In this document: piece by piece, positions 55,803-64,000 of the stretch | Layout of the letters: each line of letters begins with the position of its first letter | How positions within the stretch are numbered: the first letter of the stretch is position 1 | Made by a program: the position numbers and the translations under genes | Assembly: GCA_964444415.1 (NCBI GenBank) | Contig: CAYUHE010000002.1 | Coordinates: forward strand, 40,310-104,309 | From: an uncultured Gammaproteobacteria bacterium | GTDB taxonomy: Bacteria; Cyanobacteriota; Vampirovibrionia; Gastranaerophilales; CAJFVJ01 | Direction: 5' to 3' | DNA: 64,000 nt | The notes under the pieces: model-generated | What the model saw: the letters and a program-made list of their open reading frames with translations, nothing else | The model's database searches: none | What the model was told of the DNA's origin: nothing

Positions 55803-56555
55803 TTAGTAAGTCAAATTTGGATGAGCTTCATTCAGTCTTGGGTTTTCGACTGATATAATTTTATTTTCTTTATCAACTTTTTTGATTACATAATAGTGAT
55901 TTTTTCTGATATCATATTTTCTTTTTTCTGGAGGAGGCTGCCTTTTAAGTTGAGTTCCGGCGACAGCCGTGAAATTCCCTTCTCCTGCATCAGATATTTT
56001 TTCAAGAATTTTTACAGCTCTTTTCTTTTTTAAAAAGTTCAATGGGTTATCCAAAGTGAAAGGACTAAATTCACCAACACTTACAGGTTTTTCACCTATA
56101 AATTTTTTGAAAAACAAAGTTGCAGAATAAAACTTTAATGGCTCTTTCTGGAATTTTTTCCAAAAATGTTCACTAAGCAGCATTTTTCTTGTAGCAGCTT
56201 CAAAGATTCTCGTCATAGAATTTTTTTCCAAAGACTCCAGATTTATCCTTGATTTCAACTCTTCTTCAAAAACTTCAAAACTTTTTTTAATCCCTTTATA
56301 AAAAACACAATGACTATTGCCTGAAGTCCTTGAAATAGCTGATTGAAAGATATCTTTTTTGTTTTTGTCGTTCAAAATGGCTCTGGTGCAAGCTATCAAA
56401 TAACATTTACCCGGTTTTGTCTGACGAGGACGAAACAGAGCTAAACTCATTTGCTCAAGATTTTTAGTATGCATTTTATAGGCTGCTTTAATCATATTAT
56501 TCCTATGATTTTTTGACTTGCTGATATTAAAACAATCAAGATTAAAAATTGCCAA
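55803..56555 (-). CDS. candidate clan CA (papain/calpain-like) cysteine peptidase
   Basis: 250 aa. Q45-x5-C51-Y-L-I-A matches the papain/calpain oxyanion-Gln/nucleophile-Cys signature. NHYYVI (His220) and VENPR (Asn238) resemble the calpain GHAYS and RNPWG motifs in order and approximate spacing. Confidence 0.5.
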   Translation of the reverse strand: MAIFNLDCFNISKSKNHRNNMIKAAYKMHTKNLEQMSLALFRPRQTKPGKCYLIACTRAILNDKNKKDIFQSAISRTSGNSHCVFYKGIKKSFEVFEEELKSRINLESLEKNSMTRIFEAATRKMLLSEHFWKKFQKEPLKFYSATLFFKKFIGEKPVSVGEFSPFTLDNPLNFLKKKRAVKILEKISDAGEGNFTAVAGTQLKRQPPPEKRKYDIRKNHYYVIKKVDKENKIISVENPRLNEAHPNLTY

Positions 56556-56651
56556 ACAAGTTAAGAAAGAATTTACACTTTTTTATATTAAAAAACAAAA
56601 AACACCTTGCTATTATAAAACAAGATGCTTTTTATTTTTTCAAAAAAAATT

Positions 56652-57206
56652 TTAGTCCAAATAGAAAGTTGTTACGACTTTATGAGATTCTTCTGCATAA
56701 GAAATCGCTTTATGCAAAGTCCCTGAAGTGTGTGAGACAAAGCAAATCAACTGCTGACAATCGTCAATGATTTCTCTGTTACAAATTCTGCTGGCATCAG
56801 CAAGTGTCATCATTGCTCTATCAGGATGCTCAACAATATTTGGGATGCCAATCAATTGGTCTTGGACATCAGATGGCTGTTGACCAATAGTCTGTGGCAA
56901 AATAACTTTAAGGTTGTGAGGATTAGCTTTCATAGCCCCTCTGATAGCGGCAGCGTTAGTTCCTGAAGAACCCCCTGAGGTAATTATTGTATTACCCTGA
57001 GAAGCCAAAGCAAAAGTAAGCGTTTCGATGATTTGCTGATGCGTAATAGGTAAGTTACGACTGCCTATTATTGCAATGAGTTTTTCCGCTTTTTGAATGG
57101 TCGCTAATTCATGTGCAAGCTGATCTTGGATATCAGGACAATCATCACAGACTTCTTCTTTGTCTCCCATTGGAACCATAATCGTTTGTTCTTTATCTTC
57201 TGCCAT
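56652..57206 (-). CDS. small DprA/Smf-like (SLOG superfamily) Rossmann-fold protein
   Basis: 184 aa. IAIIGSRN, then ITSGGSSGTNAAAIRGA, then NREII…SGTLHKAISYAEE follows the DprA/DUF2493-type pattern. It lacks the extra DprA domains. Confidence 0.5.
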   Translation of the reverse strand: MAEDKEQTIMVPMGDKEEVCDDCPDIQDQLAHELATIQKAEKLIAIIGSRNLPITHQQIIETLTFALASQGNTIITSGGSSGTNAAAIRGAMKANPHNLKVILPQTIGQQPSDVQDQLIGIPNIVEHPDRAMMTLADASRICNREIIDDCQQLICFVSHTSGTLHKAISYAEESHKVVTTFYLD

Positions 57207-57433
57207 TTACTTATACCTTCCTGAAAATTTCTGTCGATTAATCTATTATACCAGACAAAACCACTAATTCATAATAGTACATTAATAATAAATTTGTCTA
57301 GAATATTTATTTTAAGTATTATATATATTATCATCAAAATATTTTTTTGAAAATCTTGAGCTTGAAAAAGGTGAGCAATATAGCGGAAATGATTAATTTA
57401 CGATGTGTTGCGACACTAGATTCAGAGGAGTAA

Positions 57434-59914
57434 ATGGAAGAAATTTTAATTGACCTAAATGAACCCCAACTTGAGGCTGTAAAACAAGAAACAGGGTCCA
57501 TGCTGGTTCTGGCTGGTGCCGGAAGCGGCAAAACTCGTGTTTTAACCTCTCGCATATCATATTTAATTAGGCATGGTGTTAATCCTAGGGATATTCTGGC
57601 GGTAACATTTACGAACAAAGCCGCAAAAGAAATGAAAGCACGTCTTGAAAGAACTCTTGGGACAGATATCGTAAAAAACCTATGGGTTGGGACTTTTCAC
57701 AGTATTTGCGCCAAAATTTTGCGTTTTGATATCAAAAATTATAAATCCGAAGAAGGCAGAAATTGGGCCGAAAACTTCACTATTTTTGACCAAGACGAGT
57801 CGATGTCCCTTATCAAACAAGCTCTTAAAGCCGAAAATCTTGACGATAAAGTCTACGCACCGCAAATGGTAAGAAGCGTCATTTCTATGGCAAAAAATAA
57901 ATCTCAAACGGCTTTTGAATTTGCCTCAAAAGCCAAAGATTACCGTACAGAAAAGATTTCTCTAGTTTTTGATCGCTACGAAAAATTGCTTGCCGAAAAT
58001 AACGGCGTTGATTTTGATGATTTGCTGCTTTTGACTGTCAAACTTTTGAGCTCAAATGAAGAAGTTATGATGAAGTATTACAATCGCTTCAGGCATATTT
58101 TGGTCGATGAGTTTCAAGATACAAACCAAACTCAATATCAGCTCATAAATTCAATTTATTCCGCCCTAAAGCCTGAGGATGAAATCCCTTCTGACAAGAG
58201 TCTTTGCGTTGTTGGTGATATTGATCAGTCAATTTATAGCTGGCGTGGTGCGGATTACAAGATTATTTTGAATTTCCAAAGAGATTATAAAGGTTCAAGC
58301 CTTATTAAGCTTGAACAAAATTATCGTTCCACCGAAACAATCCTTGAAGCGGCGAATAAAATTATTTTGAACAATACAGAGCGTCTTAAAAAAGATTTGT
58401 TTTCTGTCAAAGGCAAAGGGGACAAAATCACACGCTATGAGGCGAATTCTGAGTCAGATGAAGCAAGTTTTATTGCCCGAAAAATCATGAGCAAAGTTAC
58501 CTCAAAACAAAATTATAATGATTTTACTGTTTTGTATCGTACGAATGCCCAATCCAGAGCCGTTGAAGAGGCTCTTATGGCAAAAGGCATTCCTTATAAA
58601 ATAATCGGCGGGCTGAAATTTTATGACAGAAAAGAAATCAAAGATACAGTTTCTTACCTGAAAATACTTTTCAATCCAAGTGATAATGTGAGTTTGAAAC
58701 GTATAATAAATGTACCGAAGCGCTCAATCGGCAAAACAACCATCGAAAAGTTAGAACAAATTTCGCAAGCAAACAGCACAAGCATACTTGAAGTAATTGA
58801 AGATATTGACTCACAGCCTGATTTTAATATTAGAACAAAAGGGATTTTGAGCGATTTTCTTGATATGCTGAAAAGACTCGGCTCGATGCAATCCGCTATG
58901 GGATTAAATGAATTCATCTCATTTTTGCTTGAAAAAACAGGCTATATTGATGAACTTAAAGAAGAAGACACCATTGAATCACAAACCAGGCTTGAAAATT
59001 TACAAGAATTTGTAAATGTTGCCCGTGATTTTGAAGAAGAAAATGAAGTTGTCGATTTTGGCGAATTTTTGTCACAAGTTGCACTTGTGAGTGATGTCGA
59101 TGAACTTGATGAACAAAAAGAGTCTGTAACCCTTATGACGCTTCACTCTGCAAAGGGTCTTGAATTTCCTGTAGTTTTTATTGCAGGACTTGAAGATGGA
59201 ATTTTCCCACACTCAAGAGCGCAAAACTCAAACTCTGAAATGGAAGAAGAACGCCGCTTAATGTATGTGGGTATCACAAGAGCGCAAGAAAAATTGTATT
59301 TGACCCATGCCAAAAGACGGCAAATTTGGGGCGAATTCAAATATTTTAATCCGAGCAGATTTTTGAATGAAATACCTCACAAATTGATTGAACAAATTCA
59401 AGCAGGTGGTGTGTTCCAATCTGAGAGTACCTTCAGGACTGCTGTTGACAGTATCAAAAGCAAAAGAAATCTTGATATTTTACCCGCATCATCAGGAACC
59501 TCAATGGGTTTTGGCAAAAACTTTATAGCTCCGCAAATTAAAAAGAAAACCGAACCAAGCACCCCAACAAAACCAGTAGCAAAGTTTGAACTGCGCCCTG
59601 AAGAAAAAAAAGCGGATAGAGTTATAAACTCAATAGCTGATGCAAGAGCCGCCATTGAAAAAATCAAAAACTCTAAAACAAACTTTGAACCAAAATCAGA
59701 GCCTAGACCCAAAGAGAAATCTGTGATTGAAAAACCGCCTAAAAAACAAGAAGGCTTTAACGTCAATACAAAAGTTTTCCATGACAAATTTGGCAAGGGT
59801 ATAATTACCGAAGTTGTCGAAATTAGTTCCGCTTCTATGTATGTAATTGAATTTGAAAATGGTCTAAAAAAGGCTTTGGACGCAAGTTTTGCTAGGCTTA
59901 CAGAGTTAAGTTAA
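57434..59914 (+). CDS. pcrA: ATP-dependent DNA helicase PcrA/UvrD family
   Basis: 826 aa. Motif I AGAGSGKTRVLT, motif II VDEFQDTN, plus LEQNYRST, and TLHSAKGLEFPVVF. Confidence 0.95.
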   Translation: MEEILIDLNEPQLEAVKQETGSMLVLAGAGSGKTRVLTSRISYLIRHGVNPRDILAVTFTNKAAKEMKARLERTLGTDIVKNLWVGTFHSICAKILRFDIKNYKSEEGRNWAENFTIFDQDESMSLIKQALKAENLDDKVYAPQMVRSVISMAKNKSQTAFEFASKAKDYRTEKISLVFDRYEKLLAENNGVDFDDLLLLTVKLLSSNEEVMMKYYNRFRHILVDEFQDTNQTQYQLINSIYSALKPEDEIPSDKSLCVVGDIDQSIYSWRGADYKIILNFQRDYKGSSLIKLEQNYRSTETILEAANKIILNNTERLKKDLFSVKGKGDKITRYEANSESDEASFIARKIMSKVTSKQNYNDFTVLYRTNAQSRAVEEALMAKGIPYKIIGGLKFYDRKEIKDTVSYLKILFNPSDNVSLKRIINVPKRSIGKTTIEKLEQISQANSTSILEVIEDIDSQPDFNIRTKGILSDFLDMLKRLGSMQSAMGLNEFISFLLEKTGYIDELKEEDTIESQTRLENLQEFVNVARDFEEENEVVDFGEFLSQVALVSDVDELDEQKESVTLMTLHSAKGLEFPVVFIAGLEDGIFPHSRAQNSNSEMEEERRLMYVGITRAQEKLYLTHAKRRQIWGEFKYFNPSRFLNEIPHKLIEQIQAGGVFQSESTFRTAVDSIKSKRNLDILPASSGTSMGFGKNFIAPQIKKKTEPSTPTKPVAKFELRPEEKKADRVINSIADARAAIEKIKNSKTNFEPKSEPRPKEKSVIEKPPKKQEGFNVNTKVFHDKFGKGIITEVVEISSASMYVIEFENGLKKALDASFARLTELS

Positions 59915-60002
59915 CATTGCTTAAGAAACCCCTTTACCTATTTCTTTGAACCGTTTAAAATGATTGGGTAAATACATTTTTTATAAGAGATTATAAAATT
60001 AT

Positions 60003-62486
60003 ATGATGATTCGAGAAAAAAGGCCGCTGAGGCTTCATAAATCGGAGTCATCGCCTGGGCAGGAGATTCATTACCATAAAGGAATTGATTTCTCGTCGAA
60101 CAGGCGGAATAAAAAAAACAACATAAATTTAACCTATGATATAGGTCTAAATTTACAAAATAAAAAAGACAGCATAAAACTATCCAATAAACCCTTGAAA
60201 GTAGGTGTATCTACACAAACAACTTTCAGGGGTTTTTCAATGGAAAAGGCTTATCAAGCCTCACACAAACAAATTAATGCAAATGTCCTTTCAAAATCAC
60301 TGGAAGCAATCAAAAAAATTACCCCAAAACAATATGACGCCTGCGAAAAAATCATCGGCGAATTCACAAACACAGTCAGAACCAATAAAAAATTCCGTAA
60401 AAAAACAGGTTTTTCAGAAATTCAATCAAAATCTATGAGCAAAACTAATCTTTGGGAACTCCCTGAAGAATCTTTCATCAAAAGACTTGCCAAAACAATT
60501 ATTTCGCCTGTAGTTGCTTTAGGCAAAAAAGTTTTCAGATTGGCATTTGATAACGAATTCGGCAAAAATAATTTTTCAAAAATATACAATAATATCCAAG
60601 AAACTAAAAAATTCGACAAAATTATAAATGAATATAAAAACGTAACAGGGTTATTCAACTCTGTTGAAAAGTGGGAAAACGGCTATCGCAGCAGATTTGG
60701 CTTTGAAAAAATAAAGTCGGGCGACGAATTTTTGATTCCTGAAGAAGAATTACAAACAAGTTTGAGAAAAAGAGCTTTTGACTCAATCAACCCGAGCATA
60801 AGCAAATATAGCGCAAAAAGTTTGAGTACCGGAAACAGGATTGCTTCAGGGATTGTGGGTTCGATTTTTTATGGCGTAGATGCTTATAACACAACAATGA
60901 AACTCTCTGATGACAAAAATGTCTCTCAGAAAGAAGGTAAGGTCAAATTTACCCAGCAAATAATAAGAATTGCCCTAGCTTCTTACTTTACTGCAACTGC
61001 GTTTGGGGTGTTTAAAAAACAGACTAACAAATCTATGCCGATGGCTCTTGGTGTCGCAGGGGCAATGGTTGTCGCTTCAGAGATTTTGGGGCGTTTGCTC
61101 GTCGGGAACCCGATTTTGCCTACAAATAAAAGAAAGCTCGAAGAAATAAACGAAAAAAATAAACATTCTAATAATTTGGTCCTCAAATTCGGACGGATGC
61201 TCAGTGGCGAATCAAAAATATCAGAAAATACAAAAGATACAGGCAAAAGTCAAAAAATTGTTTTAAGTGATAAATATATTGAAAACAGATACAAAAGTAA
61301 GATTTTTGGCAACGAACATATTCAAGAAACAGGTTTTAAGGGTGCAATGCCAAAAATATACAAAAAAAATGAACTTAACAAATTATTAAAAGTCATTGAA
61401 GAAATTGACCCCAATTTGAGTAAATATTATAAAGAAAATATTATTGAAAACCTTATTAAAAATAAAATATTAAAAGATGATGCAATTAAAAAGCCTTTCG
61501 AAGAGGCTATTTCAGGCTTAAATCAAATTGAAGTCGGAGAATATACAAGCAAATGGCAAAAAACCAAAAAAGCTGTTTTGGCACCGATAATATGGGTCAA
61601 AAATATCGTTATAAAAGGATTTAATTTAATTAGAAAAGCTTTGAATATCCAAAGTTCAACCCCAAAGGCAGAAAACAGCCTTCAAAAAATAAAAGATATG
61701 GGTATGGAAAACAGCTATAATTTGGCATTAGAAAAATTTAAGCAAACAAAAACATTTACTCAAAAATCCAACTTTAGCGATGCGCAAAAAGTCGAGTCCT
61801 TTGCATCAAGCTTTTTACATCTAAACGAAAAAAGTTTTAAGGAGGAAATCCAAGGCGTTCAAAACTCTCTTGAATGGCTGAAAAAAAATATTAAAATCGA
61901 CAAAAATGACAAATCAGATGTTGATACACTTGTAAATAAAATCCTTGACAACAAAGACAAACCGGAAGTTAAAAAACATTTGCAAACTATAAATGACAAC
62001 ATGACAAAAATGAATTTCACAGCTTATGCCAAGGATTACGCTGATTACGATGCAGGGAAATATGCTGTAGCAAATAACTATACGGCAAGGCTTTTATCCA
62101 CAACCTTCCTTGTGTTTGATGCATACAATTTGACTATGCTGCACAGTAACGATAGGAAAAAATCTGTAGACAACGGTTCTCAATACGCCACACAAGAGCT
62201 TACAAGGACCGCTATGTCTTCTTATATAATTAATGCGACAAATAGTATTTTCCAAGGCTTGCACAATGCCAGCCTTGCCGGAGCTGTCGGTCTAACTGTT
62301 TTATCATCGGGAACAATCGCCATTCTCTCAAGATTTGCGGTAGGAAATTCTATTACACCAAAGTCCCACAAAGAATTGATTGCTCAAGAAGAAAGAAATA
62401 AAAATAATCCTATGCTAAAAGTAACTTCTGCTATGGTCGGCAAAAGCATGAAAAAAACACAATCGCAAAATAAAAAGTTTCAATAA
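60003..62486 (+). CDS. hypothetical membrane protein with an internally duplicated hairpin module
   Basis: 827 aa. Two homologous hydrophobic modules lie at about residues 285-375 and 695-790 (F-x-[GV]-[VF]-DAYN-x-TM … GN-[PS]-I-x-P), separated by a Lys-rich soluble region. The true start may be the ATG at 60240 (SD-like AGGGG upstream). Confidence 0.75.
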   Translation: MMIREKRPLRLHKSESSPGQEIHYHKGIDFSSNRRNKKNNINLTYDIGLNLQNKKDSIKLSNKPLKVGVSTQTTFRGFSMEKAYQASHKQINANVLSKSLEAIKKITPKQYDACEKIIGEFTNTVRTNKKFRKKTGFSEIQSKSMSKTNLWELPEESFIKRLAKTIISPVVALGKKVFRLAFDNEFGKNNFSKIYNNIQETKKFDKIINEYKNVTGLFNSVEKWENGYRSRFGFEKIKSGDEFLIPEEELQTSLRKRAFDSINPSISKYSAKSLSTGNRIASGIVGSIFYGVDAYNTTMKLSDDKNVSQKEGKVKFTQQIIRIALASYFTATAFGVFKKQTNKSMPMALGVAGAMVVASEILGRLLVGNPILPTNKRKLEEINEKNKHSNNLVLKFGRMLSGESKISENTKDTGKSQKIVLSDKYIENRYKSKIFGNEHIQETGFKGAMPKIYKKNELNKLLKVIEEIDPNLSKYYKENIIENLIKNKILKDDAIKKPFEEAISGLNQIEVGEYTSKWQKTKKAVLAPIIWVKNIVIKGFNLIRKALNIQSSTPKAENSLQKIKDMGMENSYNLALEKFKQTKTFTQKSNFSDAQKVESFASSFLHLNEKSFKEEIQGVQNSLEWLKKNIKIDKNDKSDVDTLVNKILDNKDKPEVKKHLQTINDNMTKMNFTAYAKDYADYDAGKYAVANNYTARLLSTTFLVFDAYNLTMLHSNDRKKSVDNGSQYATQELTRTAMSSYIINATNSIFQGLHNASLAGAVGLTVLSSGTIAILSRFAVGNSITPKSHKELIAQEERNKNNPMLKVTSAMVGKSMKKTQSQNKKFQ

Positions 62487-62604
62487 GGAGTGATTTGAAA
62501 ATGTTAAGCTTTTTAAAGTTGAATATTATGGCTGTAAGTAGCGAAAAATAAGGTTTTTTGTTTTTTAATGTAAAAGTTCTTTAAAATTTTGGTACATTTT
62601 TTTC

Positions 62605-63375
62605 TTGAGGCGTTATAAAATTAAGTATAAAGGTATCATTTTCATAGTACAAGTAAGAGAGGTGAATGATTTGGGCACTATTACCGAAATTAACGAAGGT
62701 CTAAGAAAAGTTTCAAAAGAAGACACATTTTCAACAGTAGACGTCAAAAGAATGCTGGGTGTTGATGATAGAGAAATGAGAACTCTTTGCAAAAAAGGGC
62801 AAATTTCTTTGAAAAAAGACATACATACGGATAGAACTTTTTTCTTGAGAGATGATGTAGAAATGCTTAAAAAGCTTAAAAGTCTTCATTTGAAGACAGC
62901 TGAAATAGAAGCTCGCAAAAATCTTCAAGATGTAACTAAAAAAATTAATTCCGTTAATGAAAACATGGCATCATCAAGAAGCTTAAAGGCTCAAGGAAAC
63001 ATGGACAGGCCTATCAAAATGCTTGCAAGACCGCAAGAGGTTAGACCTCAAATGATGGAGCAAATGCCTGAATTCAGCGACGAAATGCTTTCAATGAATG
63101 GCGATAACAGAGAACTTAAAATGCTTATCAAAAATCTTGTGGTTTCTCAAGAAAATGTAGTTAAAAGAATTACAAAAGTTCTTGATGAAAAACTAGAAGG
63201 CATGGATGAAGTTGTTGTTGAACTAATCAGATGCAAAACTGAAAATGAAAAAATGCAACAACAAGTCAACAAACTTACAAAAGAAAACTATGCCCTAAAA
63301 TCAAGAATGGCATCTTATAAACCTGTAGGTTTCGGTCTATATATTAAGAAGCAAGAAGACAGTATTTATTTGTAA
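62605..63375 (+). CDS. hypothetical protein with a possible N-terminal HTH and a C-terminal coiled coil
   Basis: 256 aa. VDVKRMLGVDDREMRTLCKKGQI looks MerR/excisionase-like, and the C-terminal ENEKMQQQVNKLTKENYALK is heptad-like. The likelier start is TTG at 62671 (SD AGAGAGGTG 6 nt upstream). Confidence 0.6.
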   Translation: MRRYKIKYKGIIFIVQVREVNDLGTITEINEGLRKVSKEDTFSTVDVKRMLGVDDREMRTLCKKGQISLKKDIHTDRTFFLRDDVEMLKKLKSLHLKTAEIEARKNLQDVTKKINSVNENMASSRSLKAQGNMDRPIKMLARPQEVRPQMMEQMPEFSDEMLSMNGDNRELKMLIKNLVVSQENVVKRITKVLDEKLEGMDEVVVELIRCKTENEKMQQQVNKLTKENYALKSRMASYKPVGFGLYIKKQEDSIYL

Positions 63376-63405
63376 TCTGACATAGAGCATTCTTCAATGT
63401 ATAAT

Positions 63406-64000
63406 ATGATAATTAAGAATAGGTCTGCCTTAAAGTACAAATTTAAGTATTTGTTTATTCTTATACTACTGATATTTCCTTGTATTGCTTTTGCAGAAGA
63501 AGGAAATATTTTGTATGAAAATTCAAACATGGACTCAGAAAAAGTCTTAACTAGTAAAAATGAGTCTTTTGTTAATCTTGCGGATGTTTTTCAAAAAAGC
63601 CGAATTATAGCAGACGGCAACATAGATAACATAAAAAATGTTAAAGAAATCACATACAAACTTTCTTTAGGCAGCTATGACCCTCTAAAAATTCCTACCT
63701 TTTTGAGTTCTCAAAGAATAATTCAAACAAAAGATGACATTTTTTATCTAAAAGTAAAACATAGTAACTACGGAAATCAGGGATTTCATTACCCACCAAG
63801 AAGCAGGAATTTTCAAGAAGCTCTAAAAACAACATTTTATATGGATTATAACGATGCTGAAATCTCAAATTTTATTTCAAAAGAGCTTTGCGAAAAACCA
63901 AAAGACAGCTACAAATTAGCCAAAAAACTTGAAAAATATGTTTATCAAAATATAAAAACTGAAGACAATAAAACCAAAATCAAAAAAGCATCGCAAACTT
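63406..64000 (+). CDS. partial CDS (5' part) for a secreted protein, possibly transglutaminase-like
   Basis: It is absent from the ORF track. The frame is open from ATG 63406 (or in-frame ATG 63397) for 198 codons to the window edge. Signal-like KYLFILILLIFPCIAFA. The function call is weak. Confidence 0.6.
   Translation, partial: MIIKNRSALKYKFKYLFILILLIFPCIAFAEEGNILYENSNMDSEKVLTSKNESFVNLADVFQKSRIIADGNIDNIKNVKEITYKLSLGSYDPLKIPTFLSSQRIIQTKDDIFYLKVKHSNYGNQGFHYPPRSRNFQEALKTTFYMDYNDAEISNFISKELCEKPKDSYKLAKKLEKYVYQNIKTEDNKTKIKKASQT

Noticed and set aside
60003-60239. The N-terminal 79 residues of the 827-aa ORF, including a TTFRGFS segment that I first grouped with other h-x-F-x-G strings (VNFKG, INFSGG, VSFGMK, LNFGA).
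   Set aside because: An internal ATG at 60240 has a better SD-like AGGGG, so this segment may be non-coding. F-G-containing pentapeptides are also frequent enough by chance that I do not claim a general FG-type motif. Only the longer KVAKVAFGSNQ match is reported.

Overview
AT-rich bacterial chromosomal window (roughly one-third G+C by eye). It uses the standard code, with TGA, TAA and TAG all serving as stops. Coding is dense: about 50 protein genes and 3 tRNAs (Ser-GGA, Val-GAC, Cys-GCA). I found no rRNA, CRISPR array, transposase, integrase or phage genes. Core housekeeping content: mutS and mutL (about 29 kb apart), a short dcw-type block (rsmH, ftsL-like, ftsI-type PBP, murE), tlyA-nadK-recN, coaD, panC-panB, a YvcK/CofD-family gene, pxpA, era, hydG, a family-4 uracil-DNA glycosylase, pcrA, and a nagA plus GlmS-type SIS isomerase pair. 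Alpha-glucan enzymes are prominent: one GH57 (829 aa) and two GH13-like proteins (592 and 1391 aa). Two regions are not ordinary. (1) At 28.7-38.4 kb, a minus-strand cluster translationally couples two paralogous membrane proteins of unknown family to a GH13 enzyme, followed by a 1391-aa GH13-like protein with a very large insertion. (2) At 45.9-57.2 kb, an EF-hand protein is transcribed divergently from a 7.96-kb gene for a 2651-aa acidic coiled-coil protein with hierarchical tandem repeats. That gene is followed by a 33-34-aa-repeat protein, a papain/calpain-like cysteine peptidase candidate and a small DprA/SLOG-like protein. Smaller oddities: a tRNA-Val flanked by partial copies of itself; a conserved 33-nt palindromic element upstream of two unrelated operons; two 50-codon sORFs with strong Shine-Dalgarno sites; and a recurrent Asn/Tyr-rich M-x-V-N N-terminal leader on several enzymes. 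All functional calls rest on motifs read from the supplied translations, since no database search was possible. The lineage cannot be assigned from this window alone; an uncultured AT-rich anaerobe is plausible given hydG, GH57 and the hemerythrin-like protein.
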